The notes under the pieces are model-generated. The model saw nothing but the letters and a program-made list of their open reading frames with translations. It ran no database searches and was not told the DNA's origin. Shown here in pieces: positions 28,746 through 38,135 of a stretch of 55,127 nt of DNA. Made by a program: the position numbers and the translations under genes. The first letter of the stretch is position 1, and every line of letters begins with the position of its first letter. Origin of the DNA: a virus (lineage: Duplodnaviria > Caudoviricetes); IMG/VR virus record IMGVR_UViG_3300023179_004109, positions 1-55,127 of that record. One strand, given 5' to 3'.

Positions 28746-29132
28746 ATGAAGAAAAAATACTACAGCTGGGAAGATATAGACGAGCATATGGAAATGTTAT
28801 CTTTGGATATCATGAAAAGTGGAGTTAACTTTAATAAAATATATGGTATACAAAGAGGTGGATTAATTCCTGCAGTAATGCTATCTCATATACTAAATAC
28901 TCCTATATCTGATATAATAGATTCTCATACACTAATAGTAGATGATATCTGCGATACTGGAGAAACACTAAAATTCTATGTAGAACAAAAGTACCTAACA
29001 GTAACACTCCATTATAAACACTCAGCAATCGTTGAACCTACGTTTTGGAGAGAATTAGTAGATGACGAAACATGGATTGTATATCCTTGGGAAAGGACAG
29101 ACTCAAATACAATAGCAGACTATAAAAAATAA
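28746..29132 (+). CDS. type I phosphoribosyltransferase (xanthine/guanine PRT-like)
   Basis: RGGLIPA, PRPP loop LIVDDICDTGETL, WIVYPWE. Confidence 0.85.
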   Translation: MKKKYYSWEDIDEHMEMLSLDIMKSGVNFNKIYGIQRGGLIPAVMLSHILNTPISDIIDSHTLIVDDICDTGETLKFYVEQKYLTVTLHYKHSAIVEPTFWRELVDDETWIVYPWERTDSNTIADYKK

Positions 29133-29134
29133 TT

Positions 29135-29296
29135 ATGCAACCAAAAGAAAGTAAAACAAATTGGCACTTTCAAATTAGCTTAGCTAAATCTTGTCTTCGA
29201 ATAATGGCAGGCATTGCACTTATTAGAGGTGAATTGTTAAATGCTGGTACATTATTAATAGTAGCAGAAGTACTAGGAATTGTTGAAGAATTTTAA
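29135..29296 (+). CDS. small membrane protein (53 aa), absent from the ORF track
   Basis: MQPKESKTNWHFQISLAKSCLRIMAG...AEVLGIVEEF*; fills the gap exactly. Confidence 0.6.
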   Translation: MQPKESKTNWHFQISLAKSCLRIMAGIALIRGELLNAGTLLIVAEVLGIVEEF

Positions 29297-29307
29297 AAAA
29301 ATAAAAT

Positions 29308-29835
29308 ATGTTAAACGCAAAACAAATATTAGAAGAAAACCTATTACAATTACAAACAGCACAAGGCAAACCAGCACAAGTTGGATACGATCTTACACTT
29401 AAAGCAGTACAAAAAGTAGGTAATAGCATTGGTAGAGGCATTGAAGTAGCCGGTAAAATTGGTAAAATATTAAAAGATAAAACCGAACTTACAACTTACA
29501 CTCCTAAAGATATTATTAATTTAGATGGAGTTAGAGGATGGTTATTACACGAGGGTGTATTTGATATCACATTTAATGAAGGATGTAAAATACCAGAAAA
29601 TCGAGTAGCGTTTATTAAACAACGATCATCTCTCTATCGCAATGGTGCTATAATCAACAGTCCTGTATTTGATCCCGGCTTTGAAACAGCAAATATGGGT
29701 ACTATACTATATGTACATGAAACAATATTTATTGAAGAAAATGCACGTGTAGCACAAATATACTTCCACGAATGCAATGGCGCTGAACTATACAACGGAC
29801 AGTGGCAAAACGATAAGCAACGCAGTTCACTATAA
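29308..29835 (+). CDS. dCTP deaminase / trimeric dUTPase family protein
   Basis: GYDLTL, RSSLYRNG, FDPGF, RVAQI, YNGQWQ. Confidence 0.85.
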   Translation: MLNAKQILEENLLQLQTAQGKPAQVGYDLTLKAVQKVGNSIGRGIEVAGKIGKILKDKTELTTYTPKDIINLDGVRGWLLHEGVFDITFNEGCKIPENRVAFIKQRSSLYRNGAIINSPVFDPGFETANMGTILYVHETIFIEENARVAQIYFHECNGAELYNGQWQNDKQRSSL

Positions 29836-29840
29836 TATTA

Positions 29841-29874
29841 ATAGCTCCTCATATCGAGGGGCTATCTTTCTTTT
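29841..29874 (+). terminator. intrinsic terminator
   Basis: ATAGCTCCTC-ATATC-GAGGGGCTAT followed by CTTTCTTTT. Confidence 0.7.
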
Positions 29875-29897
29875 ATATTTATATATAAATAACATAG

Positions 29898-30701
29898 ATG
29901 GCAATTGTATATCGCGTAACGAACGCTCCTAATACAGGAAGTTCAGTCATTAAAAACACTACATTAACATACGCCGAAGGTGATGGTAACTTCGCTGTAT
30001 TGGAAAATTTATCTTCCTCTTACGTCGCCTTTATCCGCTCGTATAATACGGGTTCATTTACTGGATCCTTTACAGGTTCATTTCTTGGAACGGCGTCATA
30101 TGCAAAATATGCTGAAACATCATCGTATGCTACTTCATTCACTGTAGCAAATACATTAACAGCAACAACAATAGTAGTTCAAGTTATTACTTCAAGTGTT
30201 GATTATGTAACTGGCTCTACTCGCTTTGGAAGTCTTATAGGTAATACTCATATATTTACAGGAAGTGTAAGTGTTAGTGGTAGTATAACAGGAACTAGTG
30301 GAGTGATTAATAATTTAACAGCATCATACGCTATATCTAGTTCATATGCACTTAATAGTATTAATACAACAAGTGCATCTTATGCTTTAACAGCATCTTA
30401 TGCTTATAACGCATCAAACGCTTCTAGTGCTTCATATGCATTAAATGCATCAAACGCTACTAGTGCTTCATTTGCTACTAATGCTGTAACAGCATCTCGT
30501 GCATTAAATGCTAACACAGCATCTTATGCTACATTTGCAGCAACGGCAACTACTGCATCTTATGTATCAGGTGCTATATCAAATTTAACTGATATATATG
30601 CAAGTACTGCTAAAATTGATAATATCATTACTTTAACATTAGCTGAATATAGTGCTATTAGTGCTTCTGCTTTATCAAGCACACTTTACGTGATAATATA
30701 A
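29898..30701 (+). CDS. Ser/Thr/Ala-rich repeat protein, putative virion fibre or decoration protein
   Basis: N-terminal LTYAEGDGNF; TGSF x3; about ten [ST][AS]S[YF]A-type repeats; own ATATTTAT box at 29875. Confidence 0.65.
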   Translation: MAIVYRVTNAPNTGSSVIKNTTLTYAEGDGNFAVLENLSSSYVAFIRSYNTGSFTGSFTGSFLGTASYAKYAETSSYATSFTVANTLTATTIVVQVITSSVDYVTGSTRFGSLIGNTHIFTGSVSVSGSITGTSGVINNLTASYAISSSYALNSINTTSASYALTASYAYNASNASSASYALNASNATSASFATNAVTASRALNANTASYATFAATATTASYVSGAISNLTDIYASTAKIDNIITLTLAEYSAISASALSSTLYVII

Positions 30702-30705
30702 ATGT

Positions 30706-31310
30706 ATGGGTAGTTTAAGAATAGGTACAACATTAATAAGTACAATAGGGCAATTAAAATTAGGAAGTAGTAACGTACTTGCTGTATATGACGGAAATGT
30801 GCAAGTATTTCCTGCATCTACAACCACTACTAGTAAACAACCACAACAACAACTGCGGCCCCAACGACTAGTACTACTACTACTACTACAACTGCGGCCC
30901 CAACGACTAGTACAACAACCACAACAACAACTGCGGCCCCAACGACTAGTACAACTACTACTACTACAACTGCGGCACCAACAACTAGTACAACAACTAC
31001 TACAACAACTGCTGCTCCAACAACTACTACAACCACTACTAGTACAACAACTACTACAACTACAGTAGGATTTGAAACGTATTCTGTTAGAGTAGATACT
31101 AATCCTTACCCACTTATATGTACTCAATCACCTATAAATGTTTTTACTTCATTAGGAGCTACAATTACAACTGGTACTGCAGTATTTACTAATAATAGTT
31201 TAACTACATATTTAACAGGATACAATTACATAGCCCCAGCAAGTGGTGAGGTATTTGAAATTGGTTCAGGTACAGGTGTAATTGGTATAACTACTAGTAA
31301 TTTTTGTTAA
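30706..31310 (+). CDS. Thr-rich mucin-like protein interrupted by a 1-nt deletion near 30835
   Basis: Frame 1 start joined to frame 3 gives about 201 aa: N-domain, (STTTTTTTAAPTT)x5, then a C-domain ending GTGVIGITTSNFC*. Confidence 0.7.
30832..31025 (+). repeat. five tandem 39-bp repeats (first copy 38 bp)
   Basis: Units start at 30832, 30870, 30909, 30948 and 30987; consensus AGTACAACAACCACAACAACAACTGCGGCCCCAACGACT. Confidence 0.9.
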
Positions 31311-31332
31311 AAACATATAATAAATTTAAGTT

Positions 31333-31355
31333 GGGAACTGCAAAGTTCCCTTCTT
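31333..31355 (+). terminator. hairpin / putative terminator overlapping the PolB promoter-like element
   Basis: GGGAACT-GCAA-AGTTCCC followed by TTCTT. Confidence 0.6.
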
Positions 31356-31366
31356 ATATTTAACGT

Positions 31367-33955
31367 ATGTATCAATCAATATATTACGATCGCCCAACAT
31401 ACACTTATTATCTAAGAGATGATGAGAAAGGCTGGCTCGATTTCAAATACACTCCCGAACTATATAAAATAACTCCAAATGGACCTCTAGAAACACTAGA
31501 CGGTAAACGTGCTACACCTGTAGAAAAATACGAATGGAAAGACACTTCATTATACGAGCAAGACGTTGATAAATGTACTCGAGTACTAATTGACCTATAC
31601 AAAGATAGCGATGATGCTCCTAAATTTCAAAACATAGTATACTTTGATATTGAGTGTGAAATTGGAGGAACATTAACAACAGAATATATCAAAACAGCAC
31701 CTATGAAGATGACTTCAGTTGCTATATATGATTCTACTACTAAAAAACACTACTGCCTAATACTAGATGAAAAGCAACAACTTACATCTATAGAAGAAGA
31801 AAATAGACAAATAAAACCTTACCGTACTGAAGCAGATATGCTCTCAGCATTCCTAGACTTATGGGAATATCTAGACCCAACTATCATTACAGGATGGAAT
31901 AGTGGATTCTTCGATGTACCCTATCTATATTATAGACTATGCAATGTATTAGGTAAAGACCAAGCAATTCGCTTATCTCCAATCCGCAAATTTAACTTTA
32001 CTGAATGGGATACATCTCAACCTATTGAAATAGGAGGTATTAATCATCTAGATTACATGTTACTATTTAAAAAGTACATTGTAAAGCAAGAACCATCATA
32101 TAAATTAAATGATGTAGGAGAAAAATACGTTAAATTAGGTAAAGTAGAATACGAAGGCTCATTAGATAAACTATTCGTAGATGATATAAATAAATTCATT
32201 GAATATAATATTCGTGACGTTGAAATTATCATTGAATTAGAGAAGAAATTAAAGTTCATGGACTTAACAGTAGCAATCTGTCATCTATGTCATGTACCAT
32301 ACGAACAAATTTACCTATCAACAGTATTAAATGATGGAGCTATATTGACATATCTTAAACGTCAAGGTATAGTATCACCAAATAAACCAACTACAATCAA
32401 TCCAATACTGAAAGAGAGTAATAATGATGAATATGCAGGTGGTTATTTAAAAGATCCAGTACCAGGATTATACGAGTGGGTTATTGATTTGGACTTTACC
32501 TCCCTATACCCCTGTATTATTCGCTCACTCAATATTGGAATTGAAACACTAATAGGTAGAATAGTAAATAATGGTAAATACGACAATCACTGGACGTATG
32601 CTGAATTGAAAGAGATGGATCCTACTGACTTAGTAGTGATTGAACGATTAAATGAAGACTTTACTTTATCTCGCTCACAAGTAGCAGTAAGTAAGATACT
32701 GAACATGATAGAGGCAAACGCTTGGATTACAGCAGCATCAGGCGCAATATTTCAAACCACTAAATCATCAGTAGTATGTGAAGTACTAACTGATTGGTTT
32801 AATAAGCGAGTTGAATATAAAAACATGATGAAAGCAGCATATAAAGCTGGAGATACAGTTAAATATGAATTCTACCATCGACTACAACACGCTTATAAGA
32901 TTAAATTGAATGACGTTTATGGATGCTACGCTATCAATAGTTGGAGATACACAGACGGACATAAAATAATATCATCAGCAATTACATTAACAGGACAAAG
33001 ACTAATACAAGAATCAATCGTATTTGTAAATAAATGGTTAAATGAACAACTAGAAACTGAAGGTAAAGATTACGTAGTAACATCAGATACAGATTCACTA
33101 TTCGTTCAAGTTAAAGATTTAGCATTACGTCGTAATCCTGATCTAGCTACTGCTAGTAAGGATGAATGGGTAACTAATATCTTAAAAATCACAACTGAAA
33201 TACAAAAAGCAGCAAATGATTATATTTCTACCTTCGTTAGGAAAACATTTAACATACTAGATAATAGAGAGCATTACTTAGAATTAAAGCAAGAAGTAGT
33301 CATTGAGAGAGGATACTTTGCAGGTAAACGTCGTTATGCAATGGCAATTGTAAATAAAGAAGGCTTACCTGTAGATGAAATGGTGATGATGGGATTAGAT
33401 ATGATGAAATCAAATATGCCTCCACTATATAAGAAATTCGGACACGGACTATTAACAGAAATAATGGCGGGTAAACCTAAATCCGAAATTGATAAATGTA
33501 TAGTAAATTTTAAAACATCACTAGATCAACTACCCTGGAGCGAGTTAGCAAGACCAACAGGCGTTAAACAAATAAACTCATATATTGCTAAACGCCCATC
33601 ACCAGGTGAAATATTCAGTGAATTTAAATTAAAAGCACCTATTAACACAAAGGCAGCAGTATATTATAATGATTTGCTAAAATTCAAGAAAGCAGATAAA
33701 ACATTCACAAGATTCACAGAAGGCGATAAGATGAAATATGTATCATTGAAGCCCAATCCCTTTAACATTAACGTAATAGGTTTTACTGGATATAATGATC
33801 CTGAATTTATCACATCTTTCATAGATAAGTATGTAGATAGAGAGGATGCATTTAACTCAGTACTATTAAATAAGTTAACTGGCATATACAGTGATCTAGG
33901 TTGGGACTTCCCCGTATTAAACGCTAAAGTTTTAAAATTCTTTAAATTCAATTAA
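31367..33955 (+). CDS. family B DNA polymerase (T4 gp43-like)
   Basis: Exo motifs FDIECE, GWNSGFFD, YNIRD; polymerase motifs DLDFTSLYP, KIKLNDVYG, SDTDS, KRRYA. Confidence 0.95.
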   Translation: MYQSIYYDRPTYTYYLRDDEKGWLDFKYTPELYKITPNGPLETLDGKRATPVEKYEWKDTSLYEQDVDKCTRVLIDLYKDSDDAPKFQNIVYFDIECEIGGTLTTEYIKTAPMKMTSVAIYDSTTKKHYCLILDEKQQLTSIEEENRQIKPYRTEADMLSAFLDLWEYLDPTIITGWNSGFFDVPYLYYRLCNVLGKDQAIRLSPIRKFNFTEWDTSQPIEIGGINHLDYMLLFKKYIVKQEPSYKLNDVGEKYVKLGKVEYEGSLDKLFVDDINKFIEYNIRDVEIIIELEKKLKFMDLTVAICHLCHVPYEQIYLSTVLNDGAILTYLKRQGIVSPNKPTTINPILKESNNDEYAGGYLKDPVPGLYEWVIDLDFTSLYPCIIRSLNIGIETLIGRIVNNGKYDNHWTYAELKEMDPTDLVVIERLNEDFTLSRSQVAVSKILNMIEANAWITAASGAIFQTTKSSVVCEVLTDWFNKRVEYKNMMKAAYKAGDTVKYEFYHRLQHAYKIKLNDVYGCYAINSWRYTDGHKIISSAITLTGQRLIQESIVFVNKWLNEQLETEGKDYVVTSDTDSLFVQVKDLALRRNPDLATASKDEWVTNILKITTEIQKAANDYISTFVRKTFNILDNREHYLELKQEVVIERGYFAGKRRYAMAIVNKEGLPVDEMVMMGLDMMKSNMPPLYKKFGHGLLTEIMAGKPKSEIDKCIVNFKTSLDQLPWSELARPTGVKQINSYIAKRPSPGEIFSEFKLKAPINTKAAVYYNDLLKFKKADKTFTRFTEGDKMKYVSLKPNPFNINVIGFTGYNDPEFITSFIDKYVDREDAFNSVLLNKLTGIYSDLGWDFPVLNAKVLKFFKFN

Positions 33956-33957
33956 CA

Positions 33958-34188
33958 ATGATCCGTCTAAACGAGAGTACCAAGCAAATAAGAGTAGATA
34001 CAATTATTAAAATTATAGAGCAAGACGGTACTGAAGTGACGGCATTAGTAACAATACTGGTAGGGGTGAATAAAGTGAAAGAAGACAAATGGTATAACAT
34101 ATACAAAATTGCAAATACACTATTCAATAAAGATTTCATATTGGATAGGCGGTTAACGCCTAAGAAATCATGGTGGAAAATTTGGTAA
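33958..34188 (+). CDS. hypothetical protein
   Basis: 76-aa ORF between PolB and the clamp gene. Confidence 0.55.
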   Translation: MIRLNESTKQIRVDTIIKIIEQDGTEVTALVTILVGVNKVKEDKWYNIYKIANTLFNKDFILDRRLTPKKSWWKIW

Positions 34189-34212
34189 GTCACAATAAAA
34201 GTTATATATTTA
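34181..34212 (+). promoter_or_regulatory. promoter-like element TTTG-N20-TATATTTA, 4 nt before the ATG
   Basis: Direct reading of the sequence; same geometry as the other copies. Confidence 0.5.
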
Positions 34213-34216
34213 AGTT

Positions 34217-34942
34217 ATGAAAAAGTTATATTTAGAAGACGTTATCGAAAAATACTATCTAGGTGGACTAGTAGAGCGTGTTAAAATTAATGTTAAAGAC
34301 AAAACATTAACAACTAAATTCCTAGCCACTAAGAAAAATCTAGTAGGAACAATTACAGCCCCCAACATCGAATTAGAAGATTGCGAGTTTGGTGTTTATG
34401 ATACCTCTCAACTACTAAAATTAATCGGTATTACAGATCACTTCCTAATGCTAAACGTTGAAAAGCACAGTAAAATAGCAAACAAGCTATTAATTGCAGA
34501 CAACGAATTTAATCTAGAATACGCCTTAGCGGATGTAATGCTAACTCCCGCAGTCCCATCTATTGAAGAACCAGAATATAATATGATTGCTGATGTAGAC
34601 ACTGACTTTGTATCTCGCTTCCTAAAAGCAGCTAAAGCATTAAACACAGAAATATTCATCGTTGAACAATCTACAGACGCTGAAGGTGAAAAAGCGATAA
34701 AATTTACATTAGGTGGAACAGAAGGTTATACTAATAAGATTAACTTTACATTAACCACACTAGTACATGGTAGAGTAGGTAAAATTACTAAGTTTACATT
34801 AGCTGAATTCAATGAAATACTATTAGCAAACAAAGAATTTAAAGCAGGTAAATTAAGCATTAGCGTAGATGGATTACTAAAGATAGAATTTATCAACGAA
34901 GAAGGAGTAACAGCTTCATATATTCTCGTCGGTAAGGAATAA
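34217..34942 (+). CDS. DNA polymerase sliding clamp (gp45-like)
   Basis: 241 aa, acidic; EFGVYDTSQLLKLI and LSISVDGLLKIEF patterns; lies between PolB and the clamp loader. Confidence 0.7.
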   Translation: MKKLYLEDVIEKYYLGGLVERVKINVKDKTLTTKFLATKKNLVGTITAPNIELEDCEFGVYDTSQLLKLIGITDHFLMLNVEKHSKIANKLLIADNEFNLEYALADVMLTPAVPSIEEPEYNMIADVDTDFVSRFLKAAKALNTEIFIVEQSTDAEGEKAIKFTLGGTEGYTNKINFTLTTLVHGRVGKITKFTLAEFNEILLANKEFKAGKLSISVDGLLKIEFINEEGVTASYILVGKE

Positions 34943-34995
34943 TCTCCATATACGTATATACGCAAACACAAAGTTATAATAAATAAAAGTTACAA

Positions 34996-35286
34996 ATGAC
35001 AATCAAACCGTTACACAACCACGTCGTGGTTAAACAAGTAGATGAAACCGAAACAATGTATGGTAACATCATCGTACCAGATGCAGGTAAAGAGAAACCA
35101 CTAATGGGTGAAATTATCGCTACAGGCCCCGGTATCATCAACATGAATGGAATCTTAATTCCAAATACACTATTAGTAGGTCAAAAAGTAGTATTCCCAT
35201 CATTTGGAGGACAACGCGTCTCTATAGGTGGAGAAGATTACCTAATCTACAAAGAACAAGACATATTCGCAATTCTAGAAGACTAA
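34996..35286 (+). CDS. groES: co-chaperonin GroES
   Basis: IKPLHNHVVV, IIVPDAGKEKP..GEIIATGPG, EQDIFAI. Confidence 0.95.
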   Translation: MTIKPLHNHVVVKQVDETETMYGNIIVPDAGKEKPLMGEIIATGPGIINMNGILIPNTLLVGQKVVFPSFGGQRVSIGGEDYLIYKEQDIFAILED

Positions 35287-35297
35287 AACCAATATAA

Positions 35298-36920
35298 ATG
35301 AGTAAAATAATCAGTTTCGACCGCGAAGCAAAACAAAAACTTCAAGCAGGCATCGACAAAGTAAATAAAGCAGTATCCGTTACAATGGGTCCCTTCGGAC
35401 GTAACGTATTAATTGAAAAAGAACATGGTCAAGTAGCATCCACTAAAGATGGAGTTACCGTTTCAAGAACCATTACATTGGAAGATCCAATTGAAAACAT
35501 GGCGGCTACAGTAATTAAACAAGCAGCAGAGAAGACAGTAAGTGCAGCAGGGGATGGAACAACAACAGCAACCGTATTAGCTCACTCAATCGCTTCACAA
35601 GCCCTAGATACTACATCATACCCATCAACAAACGCAACTCAAGTAAAGCGTGGTATCGAACAAGCAGTTAAAGCAGTAGTAGCAGAATTGAAGCAAATGT
35701 CTCGCCCTATTGAAAGCGAAGATCAAATTAAACAAATTGCTACATTATCAGCTAATGGAGATGCTGAAATAGGTGAATTAGTAGCTACAGCATTAGATAA
35801 AGTAGGAAGAGACGGAGTCGTTACAGTAGAGGAATCGCGTACTGGGGAAACTAGTTTAGAAGTAGTAGAAGGTATGCAGTTTGATAGAGGATATAAGTCG
35901 CACTACATGGTAACAGATAACAACACAATGTCTGCTAACCTAACAGATGCATTAGTATTGCTAGTAGATAGTAGAATTTCAGCAGTGAAAGATCTATTAC
36001 CGATTTTAGAATCAGTATCATCAGATAATAAATCATTATTGATTATAGCTGAAGATATTGATGGTGAAGCGCTAGCAACATTGATTGTAAATAAGATGAG
36101 AGGTATTTTGAAGGTAGCTGCTGTTAAAGCACCTGACTTTGGAGAACGCCGTTTATTAATTTTAGAAGACATTGCAACCATTACAGGTGGAACAGTAGTA
36201 TCACCTCAAAAGGGAATGAAATTAGATAAATTCAATAAAACATGGTTTGGATCTGCACGTACAATTACTGTAGGTAAGGATACAACTACAATTATTGATG
36301 GTAAAGGAGATACACAAACAATCGAAACACGTGTATTAGAATTGAAAGCACAAATTGATAAATCAAGTTCACCATATGAAATTGAGAAACTACAAGAGCG
36401 CCTAGCTAAAATGATTGGTGGAGTAGCTATTATCAATGTAGGAGGAGGAACGGATATTGAGATGAAGGAAAAGAAAGATCGCCTTGATGATGCTCTACAA
36501 GCAACACAAGCAGCATTAGATGAAGGTATATTACCTGGAGCTGGAGTAGCATTACTACAAGCTAGAAAGGTACTTAAAGATGATTTAGATAATAAAAATG
36601 ATATATCTAAAGGAGCAGCAATAGTATTTGCAGCTTGTGGAAAACCATTTAAACAAATTCTAGAAAACGCAGGTGAAGATGCTAGTGAATGGTTAATGCA
36701 ATTACTTAAAACTAAAAATATGGTTCCTAATATTACTGAAGGGAAAATAGTAGATGCATTCGATGCAGGCATTATTGATCCTACTAAAGTAGTAAGATCA
36801 GCATTAGAAAATGCAGCTGCAGCAGCAGTAACATTACTGATGACAGAATGTGTAATCCATGACAAGCCTGATACTAAGAAAAAGGTAGAAGACTTTGGGA
36901 TGGCAGAGATGGGAATGTAA
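35298..36920 (+). CDS. groEL: chaperonin GroEL
   Basis: [47 protein letters not shown]. Confidence 0.97.
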   Translation: MSKIISFDREAKQKLQAGIDKVNKAVSVTMGPFGRNVLIEKEHGQVASTKDGVTVSRTITLEDPIENMAATVIKQAAEKTVSAAGDGTTTATVLAHSIASQALDTTSYPSTNATQVKRGIEQAVKAVVAELKQMSRPIESEDQIKQIATLSANGDAEIGELVATALDKVGRDGVVTVEESRTGETSLEVVEGMQFDRGYKSHYMVTDNNTMSANLTDALVLLVDSRISAVKDLLPILESVSSDNKSLLIIAEDIDGEALATLIVNKMRGILKVAAVKAPDFGERRLLILEDIATITGGTVVSPQKGMKLDKFNKTWFGSARTITVGKDTTTIIDGKGDTQTIETRVLELKAQIDKSSSPYEIEKLQERLAKMIGGVAIINVGGGTDIEMKEKKDRLDDALQATQAALDEGILPGAGVALLQARKVLKDDLDNKNDISKGAAIVFAACGKPFKQILENAGEDASEWLMQLLKTKNMVPNITEGKIVDAFDAGIIDPTKVVRSALENAAAAAVTLLMTECVIHDKPDTKKKVEDFGMAEMGM

Positions 36921-36946
36921 TTTCACAGTACAATAAAAATATAGTT

Positions 36947-37885
36947 ATGAAGCAACACACACTCTGGATAGAGAAATATAGATCACAAACCCTAGAACAA
37001 TATATCGGAAATGATGCGATCAAAGATCGCATCGCCGATTGTATTGCTAAAAACGATATACCACACTTTATATTTAGTGGAACAGCAGGTACAGGTAAGA
37101 CAACATTAGCTAAACTAATAGTAAATAACATTAAATGTGATTACCTATACTTGAATGCTAGTGATGAAAATGGAATTGATATCATTAGAGATAAAGTAAA
37201 AGGCTTCGCATCATCAGCCTCATTTAATCCACTCAAAGTGATTATATTGGATGAAGCAGATTTCCTCACTCAACCTGCTCAAGCAGCACTTAGAAATATT
37301 ATTGAAGAATATTCAATTAATACACGTTTCATCTTAACTTGTAATTATATTGAGCGTTTAATTGAACCACTACAGTCCCGCTGTGAAATTAATATCCTAA
37401 AACCACCAACTAAAGGTGGAGTAGCTAAACACATCTGCACTAATATTTTAGATGTTGAAAAGATAACATATGAAATGAAGGATATAGCTCAGGTAGTAAA
37501 TACATTCTACCCTGATATTCGCTCTATTATTAAAGTATTACAACAAAACACTATACTTGATCATTTATCAGGAGAAAATATATTAGTAATAGATAAAATA
37601 GATGATAACTGGTGTAAGCAACTCGTTCAAATACTAAATAAACGCGATAAGGATGCTTGGTTTCAAATACGCCAACTTGTAGCAGATTCGCAAGTAGATG
37701 ATTTTCAAATCGCTTATAGATATATGTTTGAACATATGCCTGAATTTAGTTATGGAAACGATGCTAATCTATCAGTTATATTAGATGATTTTATTTGGAG
37801 ATCAAGTGTAGTACCTGATAAAGAAATTAACTTCGCAGCAGCAATCGCTAAAATATTAGACATAACCAAAAAACAAATATTATAA
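36947..37885 (+). CDS. clamp loader ATPase subunit (gp44 / RFC-like)
   Basis: WIEKYR, GTAGTGKTT, LNASDE, ILDEAD, LQSRC. Confidence 0.93.
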   Translation: MKQHTLWIEKYRSQTLEQYIGNDAIKDRIADCIAKNDIPHFIFSGTAGTGKTTLAKLIVNNIKCDYLYLNASDENGIDIIRDKVKGFASSASFNPLKVIILDEADFLTQPAQAALRNIIEEYSINTRFILTCNYIERLIEPLQSRCEINILKPPTKGGVAKHICTNILDVEKITYEMKDIAQVVNTFYPDIRSIIKVLQQNTILDHLSGENILVIDKIDDNWCKQLVQILNKRDKDAWFQIRQLVADSQVDDFQIAYRYMFEHMPEFSYGNDANLSVILDDFIWRSSVVPDKEINFAAAIAKILDITKKQIL

Positions 37886-38133
37886 TGGAGCAACAACAAG
37901 TAAATATCAGCTTAGATAAAACAACAGGTATATCATGTGATAGCTGCAAAGGTGAAGTATTTCAAGAAGGAGTAATGCTTAGAAAAGCATCTCGATTCTT
38001 AACAGGTACAGCTCAAGATGCATTAGTACCAATTCAAGTGTTCGTATGTGCTAAATGTGGAAACGTAAATAATGAATTCCTACCTTTACAGTTAAGAACT
38101 GATGAAGCAGAAATTATAGAAGAAAATAACTAA
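37885..38133 (+). CDS. small Zn-ribbon protein
   Basis: CDSC ... CAKCG. Confidence 0.7.
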   Translation: MEQQQVNISLDKTTGISCDSCKGEVFQEGVMLRKASRFLTGTAQDALVPIQVFVCAKCGNVNNEFLPLQLRTDEAEIIEENN

Positions 38134-38135
38134 CA

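Noticed and set aside
30832-31025. 39-bp repeats as a CRISPR array, given the Cas4-like gene
   Set aside because: The repeats are head-to-tail with no unique spacers and are in-frame coding.
30675-31127. Poly-Q/L (+), poly-V (-) and Cys/Ser-rich (-) ORFs
   Set aside because: They are alternative readings of the ACN-rich Thr repeat; synonymous variation supports only the Thr frame.
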